Shown piece after piece: positions 35,345-48,079 of a stretch of 64,000 nt of DNA. Source of the DNA: Octopus vulgaris (Eukaryota); contig OX597819.1 of the NCBI GenBank assembly GCA_951406725.2, positions 96,162,001 through 96,226,000 of the forward strand, in the 5' to 3' direction. The notes under the pieces are model-generated. The model did not search any database. It was not told the DNA's origin and saw only the letters and a program-made list of their open reading frames with translations. The number at the start of each line of letters is the position of its first letter. The first letter of the stretch is position 1. A program made the position numbers and the translations under genes.

Positions 35345-35673
35345 TTACAGCATTGCACCTAAAAAGTTAAGGACACGTTCAAATAACTAAAAGTTCCCCT
35401 CCAAGGCACTGGTCCTGGCAAAGTTGTTTTTATGGAAAACTAGCAGTCACCCGTGCATACCAGCCCATCTCCATGCCACCGTTGTTATCCAAGGGAATAG
35501 CAAAGGCCAGTACAGCTTGGCACGAGTGACGTCGCAACTCGTTTCTACAGCTGAGTGAACTAGAGCAATGAGAAATAAAGTGTCTTGCTCAAGAACACAA
35601 CACACAGCCCGGTCCAGGAATCGAACTCACAACCTCATGATTGTGAGCCCGATGTTCCAATCATTAAGCCATG
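35345..35673 (-). mobile_element. SINE family C
   Basis: Reverse complement of the 41081-41410 family. Confidence 0.85.
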
Positions 35674-36339
35674 CAGCACTAGATTAAGTATTTAAATGCA
35701 TCATATGACATTATTTGGTTTCTAGAACTAAATCTGTGAAAAAAGAAATAAATGATGTCTCTTTACTTTTGCAATGTGTGTATGTGTGTGTGTGTGTGTG
35801 TGTGTTTGCGCGCTGTGTGTGTGTATAAATTGGTACATACATTTACAGACTCATATGTATACATACATCCATACATAAACATACATATATGTATGCATGT
35901 GTGAGTGTGTGTATAGGCATATACACACGCGCGCACATATATATATATACATATACACATCCTCTTGTGCGTGTGTGTATCTATGTGTGTGTTTGTTTGT
36001 GTGTGTGTGTGTATGTATGTGTGAGTGTGTGTGTGTATGCGCTCGCGATCAGTGTGTGTATCTGTATTATTCAGAAAAAAAAAAGAATATATTACGTGTA
36101 TCAGGGGTAATGTGTGGAGGGTACCACTGCTTTCAAGGTATTAAGGACACGTTCAAATAACTAAAACTTTTTGTTTGTAGATGTCGGGTGATATAAGGGT
36201 GGGTGGATTGACTGGTTGCTGTATGTATCCACCGAGTATGTTATATATATAAGTGGATTTGAATGCATATGCTATTAAGCGGTCGCCAAAAAAAAAAAAG
36301 CAAAAATAGCAAATATGGATAAGCTTATCTACTTCTCTG

Positions 36340-36780
36340 TACGTACGTATGTGTGCATGTATGTATGTATGTATGTATGTATGTATGTATGTATGTATGT
36401 ATGTATGTATGTATGTATGTATGTATGTATGTATGTATGTACGTAAGTAACTTTGTACGTATGTATGTATGTATGTATGTATGTATGTATGTATGTATGT
36501 ATGTATGTATGTATGTATGTATGTATGTATGTGTGTATGTATGCATGTGTGTATGTGTGTATGTATGTATGTGTGTATGTATGTGTGTGTATGTGTGCAT
36601 GTATGTATATATGTATGTATGTACGTACGTATGTATGTATGTACGTACGTACGTACGTATGTATGTATGTATGTATGTATGTATGTATGTATGTATGTAT
36701 GTATGTATGTATGTATGTATGTATGTATGTATGTATGTATGTGTCTGTGTATGTATGTATGCATTTATGTATGCTTGTAT
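36340..36780. repeat. (TATG)n tetranucleotide microsatellite
   Basis: Direct reading. Confidence 0.95.
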
Positions 36781-37355
36781 CTGTGCTATTACGCATGTGT
36801 GTAGATAATGTGGGTGGGTATGGGTGTATGGATATTTATGTATATGCACATACCAATTTACATAATACATTGCATAGAAATACTTTCATTTAATGAAATA
36901 TGCATTATAACTTTTGCTGTAAAACCTGTCTTGAGTTTTAAGGGGGAGTAGCTTCGAGGTCATATCTTGCCTTTCGAATATAATATAATATAATATAATA
37001 TAATATAATATAATATAATATAATATAATATATATATATCATTATCTAAATATCTGTCTGTCTGTCTGTCTGTCTGTCTGTATATAGTTTCTATGGTGTG
37101 AAAACATCCTTTATCTATTTGGGTGTTAAACTGACGTTGTTATTTTATAATATGTTAAAGAATAATAATGGAAAATTTATTCTCGAAGGCACCGAACATT
37201 AGGCTCTGAGTCAAATTGATTATAAAATTCGTGTTGACTGGGTTATAAGCATTAGAACATTTTCTCTATCTCTCTTTCCGTGTGTGTGTGTGTTTGTGTG
37301 TGTGTGTATTCATACATACATACTCACACGAACATGTATATATATGTTTATTTAC

Positions 37356-37430
<75 letters not shown>

Positions 37431-37439
37431 TGGGGAGTT

Positions 37440-37765
37440 CCCGAAGTCAACTTCAATGGAATTTGAACTCAGAATGTAAAGGTGGATGAAATACCCATTT
37501 CTTTACTACCCACAAGGGGCTAAACATAGAGGGGACAAACAAGGACAGACATAGGTATTAAGTCAATTACATCGACCCCAGTGCGTAACTGGTACTTAAT
37601 TTATCGACCCCGAAAGGATGAAAGGCAAAGTCGACCTCGGCAGAATTTGAACTCAGAACTTAACGGCAGACGAAATACGGCTACGCATTTCGCCTGGCGT
37701 GCTAACGTTTCTGCCAGCTCGCCACCTTAATGGTGGATGAAATACCCCTGAGCATTTTGCCCGGC
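37440..37765 (-). mobile_element. SINE family A full copy (~37497-37728) nested within an older family A head
   Basis: The full copy is flanked by ggtggatgaaataccc at ~37481 and ~37732. Confidence 0.85.
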
Positions 37766-37989
37766 GACACATAAAATATATTAGTCACTACTTGTATTTG
37801 CAAATATCTCGGATAAAGTCAAGAGAATACAAAACAATAGAGTAAATTTAGTATATTAATCGAAACCACTTCACGTCTCTTTACTTATAAACTTCATACC
37901 TGGAAGCTACTCTCGGTCAGTTAGTTGTTGATGGGGAGAACTCCGTTAAGATTGGGTGATAACAAATGTATCGTAAGCTCCCAGTTGGC

Positions 37990-38400
37990 TTTGTTCGTGT
38001 TATCAGTTGATTAACTTGGGCGACGATATTTAACTGATGATTTAATCTTATTCTAGAGTTTTTCTGTGGCTGTAAATGTGAAATGTTTTTCTCATGAGAT
38101 CTGACGGACTGACTTTACTTTACAATGTGTGTTTTTCTAGTCAGAATTTGGAATTTCATCATGATGTTTTCATTATCTTAGCCATAAGTTAAAATAGATC
38201 ATGAAATTCTAAAATTAATGTCTCTTAGTTACCAAAGATAGCTCGATAAACTTGTGGTGTTTCTGTTACTGCTTATTGCAAAGGGGATTTGAAATTGCCA
38301 TAACGACTCTTAAATAGTCCCTGACATATACCTATGGACGATTTGATGTTTCAAGCATTAAAGAAAATTTGCTTTAGTTTGATTTATCGATAGTTACGGT
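37990..38400 (-). mobile_element. Penelope-like element relic (GIY-YIG endonuclease region)
   Basis: Minus remnants IGICQGLF, RYGNFKS and NRNTTSLSSYLW*LRD resemble the YIG...FK.RY.NH..SF...N.T.LS.YIW.LK pattern. Confidence 0.5.
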
Positions 38401-38619
38401 ATTGCGTTTATAACCAAGAGAACATAACTGGGCAATTTTGTTGCTGCGTACTTGGTTATTTCGGTTGTTGTTGCTTCTGTTGGTATTTGTAGTCATTTGG
38501 TTACTTCTTGGTTTTGGGCATAGAATAATTTACACAAACACTGTGTAAGATTTTAAAATTCCTGTGTGCAGTTTATTGGAGATGATGGACTCTCCCGTCG
38601 AAGTCGACGTATGAGTGTT

Positions 38620-38883
38620 CAACTTTTATGCCGAACGACCTGCACAAGTGATTTGTTTATTGTGATCAAATGTATATGCTGTACATCAGCTCACTCTCTC
38701 CATCGAATCGATGTTGCCTGAATAGGTGTACGGTGTGCCACGCGTCAGGTGTCGAAATGATCGCAGAGCAACGTGAGATGAAGCGTTTGCCCAAGGACAC
38801 AAAGTACTACTCAGTCTAGGAATTGAAACCACGATTTCATGATCGTGAGCGTAACACCCTAACCACTAGGTCATACGCCTTCA
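38620..38883 (-). mobile_element. tRNA-derived SINE (family C-related head, different body)
   Basis: Minus gaaggcgtatgacctagtggttagggtgttacgctcacgatcatgaaatcgtggtttcaattcc...ttgggcaaacgcttcatctcacgttgctctg. Confidence 0.75.
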
Positions 38884-39369
38884 TCTTTATTGGGGATACC
38901 ACTTTTAATAATGTATAAACTACAAACAACTAAAGCTCACTTTGACGTTTTGGCCATGAAGTTGTGTATGAAGTTTGTTGCTGAAATACATCCCGTCGGA
39001 TTTCTAACAAATTTTTTCTTTGAAACAATTAATATCTTAGGCCTACTTGTTGCAGCTACCCACCTTATCAAATGACGTTTTGTCTAAAGCTATATGATAA
39101 ATTCATTTACTTATCTGTATATTTAAAGAGGTGATTGAAGGTGATACGAAGGAGAGTGGCTTTAAGTCTTTTATTGAGAGTTCTGTAGGATTTGAAGCTG
39201 AAACTAAGATGACATAAAATGTTGACAATATTCGTCTAACTCGTGTCCGTAAAGCCCATAAAACGATAACGTTGTTTCTCTCCCGCTTCATGTCTAAGGT
39301 TTGAAATTTTACTTTGAGTATACGGAAGATATAATCGGATTCGCTCGCAAATTTCAACAGATACCACCG

Positions 39370-39665
39370 TTTCGTTTTCGTTTCTCACAGTTTCTCAGCC
39401 GCACTCCACACAGCAATCTATGGGATTACACTCAGGGAAATTGGGAAGCCAAAATTTCGGGCTGGTGAAGTCGTAGAATTTCTCCGACCACCACTTCTAA
39501 CTCTTTCTGGAGAAATGGCAAGTAGCTGAATCCTGCTGCCACACATATGGTCCTCCAGCAGCAATCCCCTCCAGTCAAGGTTTGACCACTGCGTCCAGCA
39601 GCTTCACACATCCCTCTGAATTGAGTCTAAAGCCCCGTTCAAAGTGTGGGAATGAATTGTGGCAT
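39370..39665 (-). mobile_element. DD37D-type mariner transposase fragment
   Basis: Minus strand FWLPNFPECNPID resembles WPPNSPDCNPMD; upstream GLRLNSEG.VKLLD-like residues. Confidence 0.55.
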
Positions 39666-40654
39666 GTGAACGCAGTCAGAACGTCTGTTGCGTCATTTCT
39701 TGCTGTCCACAGCTTCCTAGTCTACGTTGCAGCTGTTCACGTTACGCATTAATAGTCTTTACAGTGTTCACAGAACAATGAGCTGCATTTATGATGTAGG
39801 CATTTTGATATCCGTCGCAAATTATCATAATACAGATCATTGTTTTCCAATATTCAGATGGCTTCCAGTCTTCCATTTGAGCTTTTCTCAACTACAACTT
39901 TAATCTTTATTCTCTCCAACGAAGTTGACTGTTCAATAATACATGAAGCTGTTCTCGAAAAAAAAAGGAGATATAAAATGTCGTCACATTTAGCCCGAAC
40001 ACGATGTATATACACGAATACATTTTCGTAGATATAATCCCCATCATAAGCAGCTCTCCGAAAGGGTCATCATGATACTAATAACTTTTGACGCCATTGT
40101 CAAAACGCTGTGTAGTCCCTAGAACGAATAATACTGAAGATAAAAATCTTCAATAACATAACGATACAAAGAACATACAAACAGATAATAAGGTGACAAA
40201 GAATAGAAAATGAGCACTGTAGAAGGAATCATTTGTCTAGCAAACATGAGCTAAATGTTAAAGATAAAACATAGATATTGTACATAACTATTGAGAAGCC
40301 GATATATATATGCCAGCCTGACTATAATAAATTTTTAGATGTGATTATTGGAGCTCATAGTTATGTAACTAACTGACTCAACACTAATCTTGGGAGGCGG
40401 ATTTCGCAAATCCATTAAAGACATGACCAATTAAGGAATTACAATTACAAGCCATTAATGGAACTTTGAATATATGTAAAGCATTCCAGAAGTTTAGTAT
40501 GTAATACCAAATGTAATAGTGACATATGAATATGTGTATTTAAACCTGCGAACATAACGTATAAATAATTCAAATGATTCATATTCATACAGGCAATGAC
40601 ATACATGCAAACATACATTATATAATGCATATATGTATTTATGTATACATCTAT

Positions 40655-40666
40655 AACACACACACA

Positions 40667-40732
<66 letters not shown>

Positions 40733-40765
40733 CATATATATATATATATTTTCATATTTGTATAT

Positions 40766-40814
<49 letters not shown>

Positions 40815-40890
40815 TATATGGATGTACATATATGTATGTGTGTGTATATATATATATATATACAGAGAGAAATAGATAGATAGATATACA

Positions 40891-40924
<34 letters not shown>

Positions 40925-41002
40925 TATATGGATGTACATATATGTATGTGTGTGTATATATATATATATATATACAGAGAGAAATAGATAGATAGATATA
41001 CA

Positions 41003-41080
<78 letters not shown>
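40655..41080. repeat. Compound microsatellite with ~110-bp tandem duplication
   Basis: tgcatatatggatgtacatatatgtatgtgtg...acagagagaaatagatagatagatatacatgc occurs at ~40811 and ~40921. Confidence 0.9.
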
Positions 41081-41410
41081 GGCGCATGGCTCAGTGGTTA
41101 GAGCGTGGAACTTACGATCGTGAGGTTGTGAGCTCGAATCCCGGCCCGGGCTGCGTGTTATGTTCTTGAGCAAGACACTTTATTTTACGTTACTCCAGTT
41201 CACTCAGCTATAGAAATGAGTTGCGACGTCACAGGTACCAAGCTGAATTGGCCCTTGCCTTTCCCTTGGATAACACCGGTAGCGTGGAGAGGGGAGGCCG
41301 GTATGCATGGGCAACTGTTGGTCTTCCATAAAACAACCTTGCCCGGACTTGTGCCTGGGAGGGTAACTTTCTAGGTGCAATCCCATGGTTAGTGTCGTGA
41401 CCGAAAGGTG
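41081..41410 (+). mobile_element. SINE family C, full length
   Basis: A box tggctcagtgg, B box gagctcgaatccc, central ttgagcaagacacttt...ctccagttcactcagct. Confidence 0.9.
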
Positions 41411-41940
41411 TTTCAGATATATATACACATACATACACGAGAAGAGTACGAAAGAAAAAGGCACTCAATGTATTTAGTAGCAGTTACATGTATTATTTAA
41501 AACAACTTGTTTTGGCTCTAAGTATCTTAAAGCCTATCTTCCGGTAGCCATCTTGAACTTCCTACATTTCTCCATTCGGTAATCTAAACTTGAAAGAGAC
41601 GAGTTACTGTTAGAGGCCCACGAAACCTTAAGTTTCATTGAACCATATCAAACTGTTTTAAATAATATGTGTATCTTTTATTAAACTTTTAATCCTTTTG
41701 ATATTAAAAAAAAAAAAAAATTAATTAATTAATTAATAAATAAAATGATATATAAATATAAAAATATTATACATACATATATATATATATATTTGTATAT
41801 ATATATAAAATTTATAAGTTTAAATTATTTAAATAATGTTTTATTTTAAACTTTTATATTTTTAAATTAATTTTATGTATTGGCTTATGTTTTTCACTGT
41901 TTGATTTGCCTAATAGTGGTTTTATCTCTAATTTAATATA

Positions 41941-42003
<63 letters not shown>

Positions 42004-42295
42004 GTACATACATACATACATACATACATACATACATACATACATACATACATACATACATACATACATGCGGACAGACATACAGAAATTCCTCTATACA
42101 GATTAGCACAGGAAGCATGCTTGAAAAGTTGCACAACGAAAGCGCTTACACACAACACACACATTACAAAAGCTTCTTACCAAAAGGTTCGTGACATTCT
42201 GTTTTTATTTATTTAAATGTTGCGAGTGTATCAAATATGTTTTGCAAAAATTTTTTAAATATATATATATATATTTATATATACATATGCTTAGG

Positions 42296-42327
<32 letters not shown>

Positions 42328-43146
42328 TGTATGTATGTATGTATGTATGTATGTATGTATGTATGTATGTATGTATGCGTGTGTATGTGTGTATGTATAT
42401 GTACGGGAGGAGATAAGAGAGGGGTGCGAAAGAAATATACGGAGTGGCTGGGTGGGTGCAAGGTTGTATGTTGTGTCTGCTGTAAGCCAAATGTCAGGCT
42501 GACACGTTTTCAGAAGCAACAACAGTTAAGAATATATTTAGTTACCTGACTGCACTTCGGCTTGTGGGCTGATCCTAGTTTAGTTGTTACGTCATGAGTA
42601 CATTAAGATACAGTCTACCTACCATCTTGGCATGTTGGCAGGGAGTGTTGGAGATGATTTAATGAGAATTGGAACCTACATGAAATGTGTTCCATTAAAA
42701 TGCTTCTGTTTCGAATAACAACGGCGACCTTGAAAGCTCACTTGCTCTTTCGCTTCACTTAACTACTGTAAATGAAAAGAAATACACGAAATTTACCTTG
42801 AATATACCTATGTCCTATATTTTATATTTAAATGTAGAATAATATCAGTTTCTTTCTCTCCCTCTCTCCCCCAACAAATACATTTTATATAGACACATAA
42901 AAATTTGTCCCAAAAATATATACAAATATACAAATTCGTATAAAAGTATTAAATAAAAACAAGTTAAACGTTACACAAACATCGAACAACTAAACAAAAA
43001 TAAAACACGAGAAAAAAGATATTATGATGATGTTTATATTAAAAATTATAGTTTACCCATATTTTCATTGATAATAATATTCAATTATTTGAAACGTTGA
43101 AAAAGAAGTGGTTTATAATTTATATATAGAAGTATGAGTTAAGTGT

Positions 43147-43210
<64 letters not shown>

Positions 43211-44295
43211 CCGTCCGTCCAGCTTTACGTGTAGACTGTACAAAACTAACATACACAAAACCATATATATTATTATTCATCATGTCACAAAGAAGGATTC
43301 CATAACATTTATTTTGAGAAATAGCAAGCAGATCCCACCAAATCGCACTCTAACTTCCGTTAAGAGGGGAGAAGTGAGAAAGGCAGAGAGTTGAGATGGT
43401 GTAGTATTGAGAAGAGTAGAAACACAGAAAGATGGGTAATTGTGCTAGTGTGAAGGAAGAAAGATTCTAAAATACGTTTGTGTGACGTCAAACACTTTGT
43501 TTTTCTTTTTCAGTCAGGATTTTAAAAATATAATTCTTTCTTTCTCTCTCGTTGCCGCTCTCTGGAATAGTAAAATAGAGAGAGATAGAGAATGTTAAAA
43601 GAGAGATACACGATAGAAAGAAATAGAGGAAAATGATGGGGATAATCATACTGTTCTGAAAATTGAATGAATCCCTCATTCAAGTTCGTCGCAAAGCCCT
43701 TTCGAGAGAATTTTCAGATAAAACTTCCCTCGTTCGAATAATGTAGGTTATATCAGCCATTGCAAGGTAGTCTGGTACAAAAAATATGCGATGGCTATAG
43801 TTGGAATGTCTTTTAATTATTAGTTTGCATCATCCCAATTGATTTGGGTTAAACAAAAACAAATAAATTATCTTCCTCCTTCTCTTCATCATCATCACCA
43901 TCATCGTCATCGACAAAGAACACTGAAACCAGTAATAGAGTACAACATTAAATGACTCTATATACAGAATTATCAATAAAAAATCTGATTGTCTAATTTT
44001 GAATCTGTTTTTCCTTCACAGAACTCAATAGCAACGACACTATATAAATAACCACAATAACTATTGAGTAATTTTGTGTTCTCAATGCAGTAGAAACGGT
44101 ATCACACTTACCACAACCTCTTTTTATTAATGTAGCACAGATTTGCTATTTTTTGTACTTACAAATACTACGAGTAAGACATTACATAATGTTAAACATA
44201 GGCAGCTAACATCTACGTAAGTATTGTAAATAACAATACTAGCTTCGTATCAAAATAAAACGGAGCAACGTAACCTCGGCTAAAATCAGCTACAC

Positions 44296-44358
<63 letters not shown>

Positions 44359-44384
44359 GGGGGGGGTGTATTCTTTTGTTCTTT

Positions 44385-44792
44385 TCTTCTTTTACTTGTT
44401 TCAACCATTTCACTGCGGCCATGCTGGAGCACCGCCTAAAAGGGACTTTTCAGTTGAAGAAACTGATCCCAGGATTTATTCTTTGTAAGCCAAGTATTTA
44501 TTCTATCACCTCTTTTGCTGAACCGCTAAGTTACGGGACGTGAACACACCAACATCGATTGTCAAGTGATGGTGGTGATGGGGGACAAACATAGACACAA
44601 AGACACACACACATAAATGTATACATATATATAAATACGACGGGATTCTTTCAGTTTCCATCTACAAATCCACTCACAAGGCTCTGGTCGGCCCGAGGCT
44701 CAAGTAGACGACGCTAGCCGAAGGTGCCACGCAGTGGTTTGAGCCCGGAGCCCTGTCGTTAGGAAGCAAGCTTCTTATCACACAGCCACGCG
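44385..44792 (-). mobile_element. SINE family B, near full length
   Basis: Collinear with 30448-30908. Confidence 0.88.
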
Positions 44793-44829
44793 TATATATA
44801 TACATATATAGACACGGATGCCGACATAT

Positions 44830-45015
44830 TAGTTTCAAATTTTGAGAAAAGGCCAGCAAGGGAGGGGTTAAGTCGATTACATCGATCCCAGTGCTCCACT
44901 GGTACTGATTTTATCGATCCAGAAAGGATGAATGCCATAGTTGACTTCGTCGGAATTTGATTTCAGGCTGTAAAGACGGACGAAATGCCGCTATGCATTT
45001 TGCCCGGCGCGCTAA
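44830..45015 (-). mobile_element. SINE family A
   Basis: aagtcgattacatcgatccccagtgctccactggtactgattttatcgatccagaaaggatgaa core. Confidence 0.85.
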
Positions 45016-45235
45016 TATTAACAAACGTTAAAAGTAACTGAAGGTTCACTCAATACTTTTCATTCTTGAACCATCAGTTGACAGTAACTTCGAAGTATCG
45101 GCTTACTTGTGTCATTATACTGTTTTTTCAGGCCTTTATATAGTTTTTCTTCGGGTTTAATCTGGTGGGGGTAGCAATATATATGCAGACTAACTGTAGT
45201 GTAAATGAGCTTGTTAGGAGAAAGAAGTTATTGTA

Positions 45236-45794
45236 TTGGGTTGTCCGGAAAGTTCGTGCCGATTTTTAAAGGAAAGAAAAAGGTCAATAAATACTTGCCA
45301 TTACATTTTTAATCAACCAAATAAGAACCATTTTGTTGGACAATGTGTCTCCATCTTTCCTTTAACTTGAAAATACTCTCTTCCCAGAATTGAGGTGGTT
45401 TCATGGCAAAGAATTCATCAAGCTATCTTTTTACGTCACCCAAGGAATTGAAATTTTTACCATTAAGACTATTCTACAGAGACGTGGATAAGTGGAAATC
45501 CGAAGGAGCAATATCTGGTGAATATGGAGGGTGGGGTAATACATCCCAGCCGAGCTGCAGCAATTTTTTGTTTGGTTCCCAAAGCATGAAGTGCCGAAAA
45601 TGAACTTTCTTATCTTCCATTTTAAAGGGTTACAGAATTAACACAGGTTATAGGAGCATAAACCTTAAAGCATAACTTAAACTGTGTTCTAAACGGAGGT
45701 GTAGTCAAATCCTATTTTATGGACTCAACCATGTTCTAAAATAAGTCGAAATATAAGCTACTATAAATCGGCACGAACTTTCCGGACAACCCAA
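45236..45794 (-). mobile_element. Internally deleted mariner element (559 bp)
   Basis: Perfect 30-bp TIRs ttgggttgtccggaaagttcgtgccgattt with TA on both sides. Minus strand MEDKKVHFRHFMLWE is joined to LGWDVLPHPPYSPDIAPSDFHL...ERWRHIVQQNGSYLVD*. Confidence 0.95.
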
Positions 45795-47120
45795 TATAAG
45801 AAAGGGAAAGAGAGAAGGGAAGAAAATATACGTTTATGTCTTGACTTAAGTCACACGGTTTATATCATTGTCTTCATTGATCATCAATGGATGAACTTGA
45901 TAGCTTTAGGCAGCTTTGTTGCTTTATTCTTTATGTCCGTTTCTCTTTTTATGTATTTATTTTGTAGTTGCTAGGTAATTGTTAAGTTTAACCACCGAAT
46001 CCTAAAAGTAGCATTATCCCAAGGACAGTTTGATGACGGTAGGAAAGCCGAAACTTCGAAATCATTATCAACCTTATCCTAGTAAAAATAAATACAAACA
46101 CACATACATATGCACAAGCCAACAGTTGAGATATCAATATGGTAATACAAACTATTAGAATAATAATTAAATCATTCTCGAATTACACCTCTTTTATGTA
46201 TGTGTATATATGTATAACCCAGCGTTGATGCCTGTATATGATATGTGAGCAGCCGCCACCAAAATGAGTTTCACACCACATAGGAATCCCCGTCGACCAT
46301 TGTCTTCATTAGATCCTCAACTTCATGTTGCGTGCCTCTATCAACAACATCAGTGTATTTGAGTGGGCCTCTCCTACATGAGTGCGTAAGTCTATAAAAT
46401 ATAACGCCTATTGTTCAGCACGATAACATCGGCCAGTGTCTTCTACTACCCTACCTTGAACAATAATAGAAATGGATGGAATGTATCAGATCTCTTTTGT
46501 TTTGTGCTCACACTGAAATTTTTTGAGCCCTCATAAGAAGCCTTGTGTAAGTATTACCAAGGCTATCTTAATAATTTAGATTTCGGCTCCATCGATATAT
46601 CGGTGTGTATGCGCATACTTAGCCAGCGAGAGGGACAGCTTAATCGTGCCACACTGAGTAGAAATAACAGCTAATTTTCATTCTCTCAAATCGCATCCTA
46701 ATGTCTCTGTCAGCGAGGAAGCCTCCATATGGGCGTTGAAAATGTAGCCAAATTTTCTTAAAAACACATCATACTGTCTTATGTATGATGATATGTATGC
46801 TTAAACCAACAAGCAAAACGCCTGTATGTTAGATAGACATGTCAAATAAGGCTGCTAATTCTCACTGAAATCACATTCTTCTGTCTTATGTTGCTGTGAT
46901 TTCTAGGCATAGCCGAGTCCATCTGCTAGAAGAAATATGAAATACAACTTTATTGTGGTTTCATATGCAATATCTTCAGAATTGCATAGAGGACCAAAAT
47001 ATTACATTTGTAACAAAACCTTGTACTTAGGGAAAAGTGGATGAGAATCATATAAAGTGAATGGCGGCAAAGCTGGTGTAATTTACTTCTTAACACACAG
47101 CCACGCCTATGCACATACAT

Positions 47121-47221
<101 letters not shown>

Positions 47222-47332
47222 CATATATGTATGTATACATATGCATCTACATATACACATACTTCTACGCATTTATGAGCGCAAAAATGCGTATGCCGAC
47301 ATGTACGCATGTAAATATACATACATACTTGA

Positions 47333-47416
<84 letters not shown>

Positions 47417-47501
47417 AAGAGAATGGACGGACAGCCAATGGTAAAATAGGGCGAGTCTCAGAATCTGTATTTTTGAGTAATGTCTGTGATAATGTATCTA
47501 G

Positions 47502-47551
<50 letters not shown>

Positions 47552-48079
47552 TTTGCGCGCGCTTGTGATTGGGACGGGGCGTTCGGACGCACGTATATCT
47601 AATTGCATGTATGTTTGAATAAGACTATGTTTTTTTTCTATGAGTGTAAGAGCCTCTGCTTGACTTATATGTGTGTGAGGGAAAGATATGCATTTTTATG
47701 AATCTGTATGCGTGTGTATGTGCCTGTATGCTTATGTGTTTTGTGCATGTGTGTGAAGTCGAGGAAGAACCAGTTAATGCCAGTGTGCTGAGGAGAGATA
47801 GAGAGAGAATCCCTAGGTAGTGGTAAACAAATCCATGAATGCATATCACAGAAGAAGGTTAGAGTCAGTTTAACTTTTTGTGTATTAGACAAACTGGAGG
47901 TGTGAGTGAATCTGAGTAGGAGAGAGATAGGGGAGACAAGAGAAATACTAACATAAAACCAGCCAGACAATTTTTATTATATAAACGATAAGATACGTAT
48001 AAACCAGTTTCATTTGAAGTAGGTGGGTGTTTTGCAATTTAATAGTCACTTGTAAATAAGTGGGAATGGAACAAAAACT

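Noticed and set aside
41081-41155. tRNA-like sequence with A and B boxes (also 29480-29555 and 31455-31529)
   Set aside because: Each continues into a SINE body and lacks a proper acceptor stem; these are SINE heads, not tRNA genes.
46025-46068. TTGATGA-C-GGT..GCC-GAAAC hammerhead-like string
   Set aside because: Core C is substituted and helices I and III are poor; possibly an old relic but not supportable.
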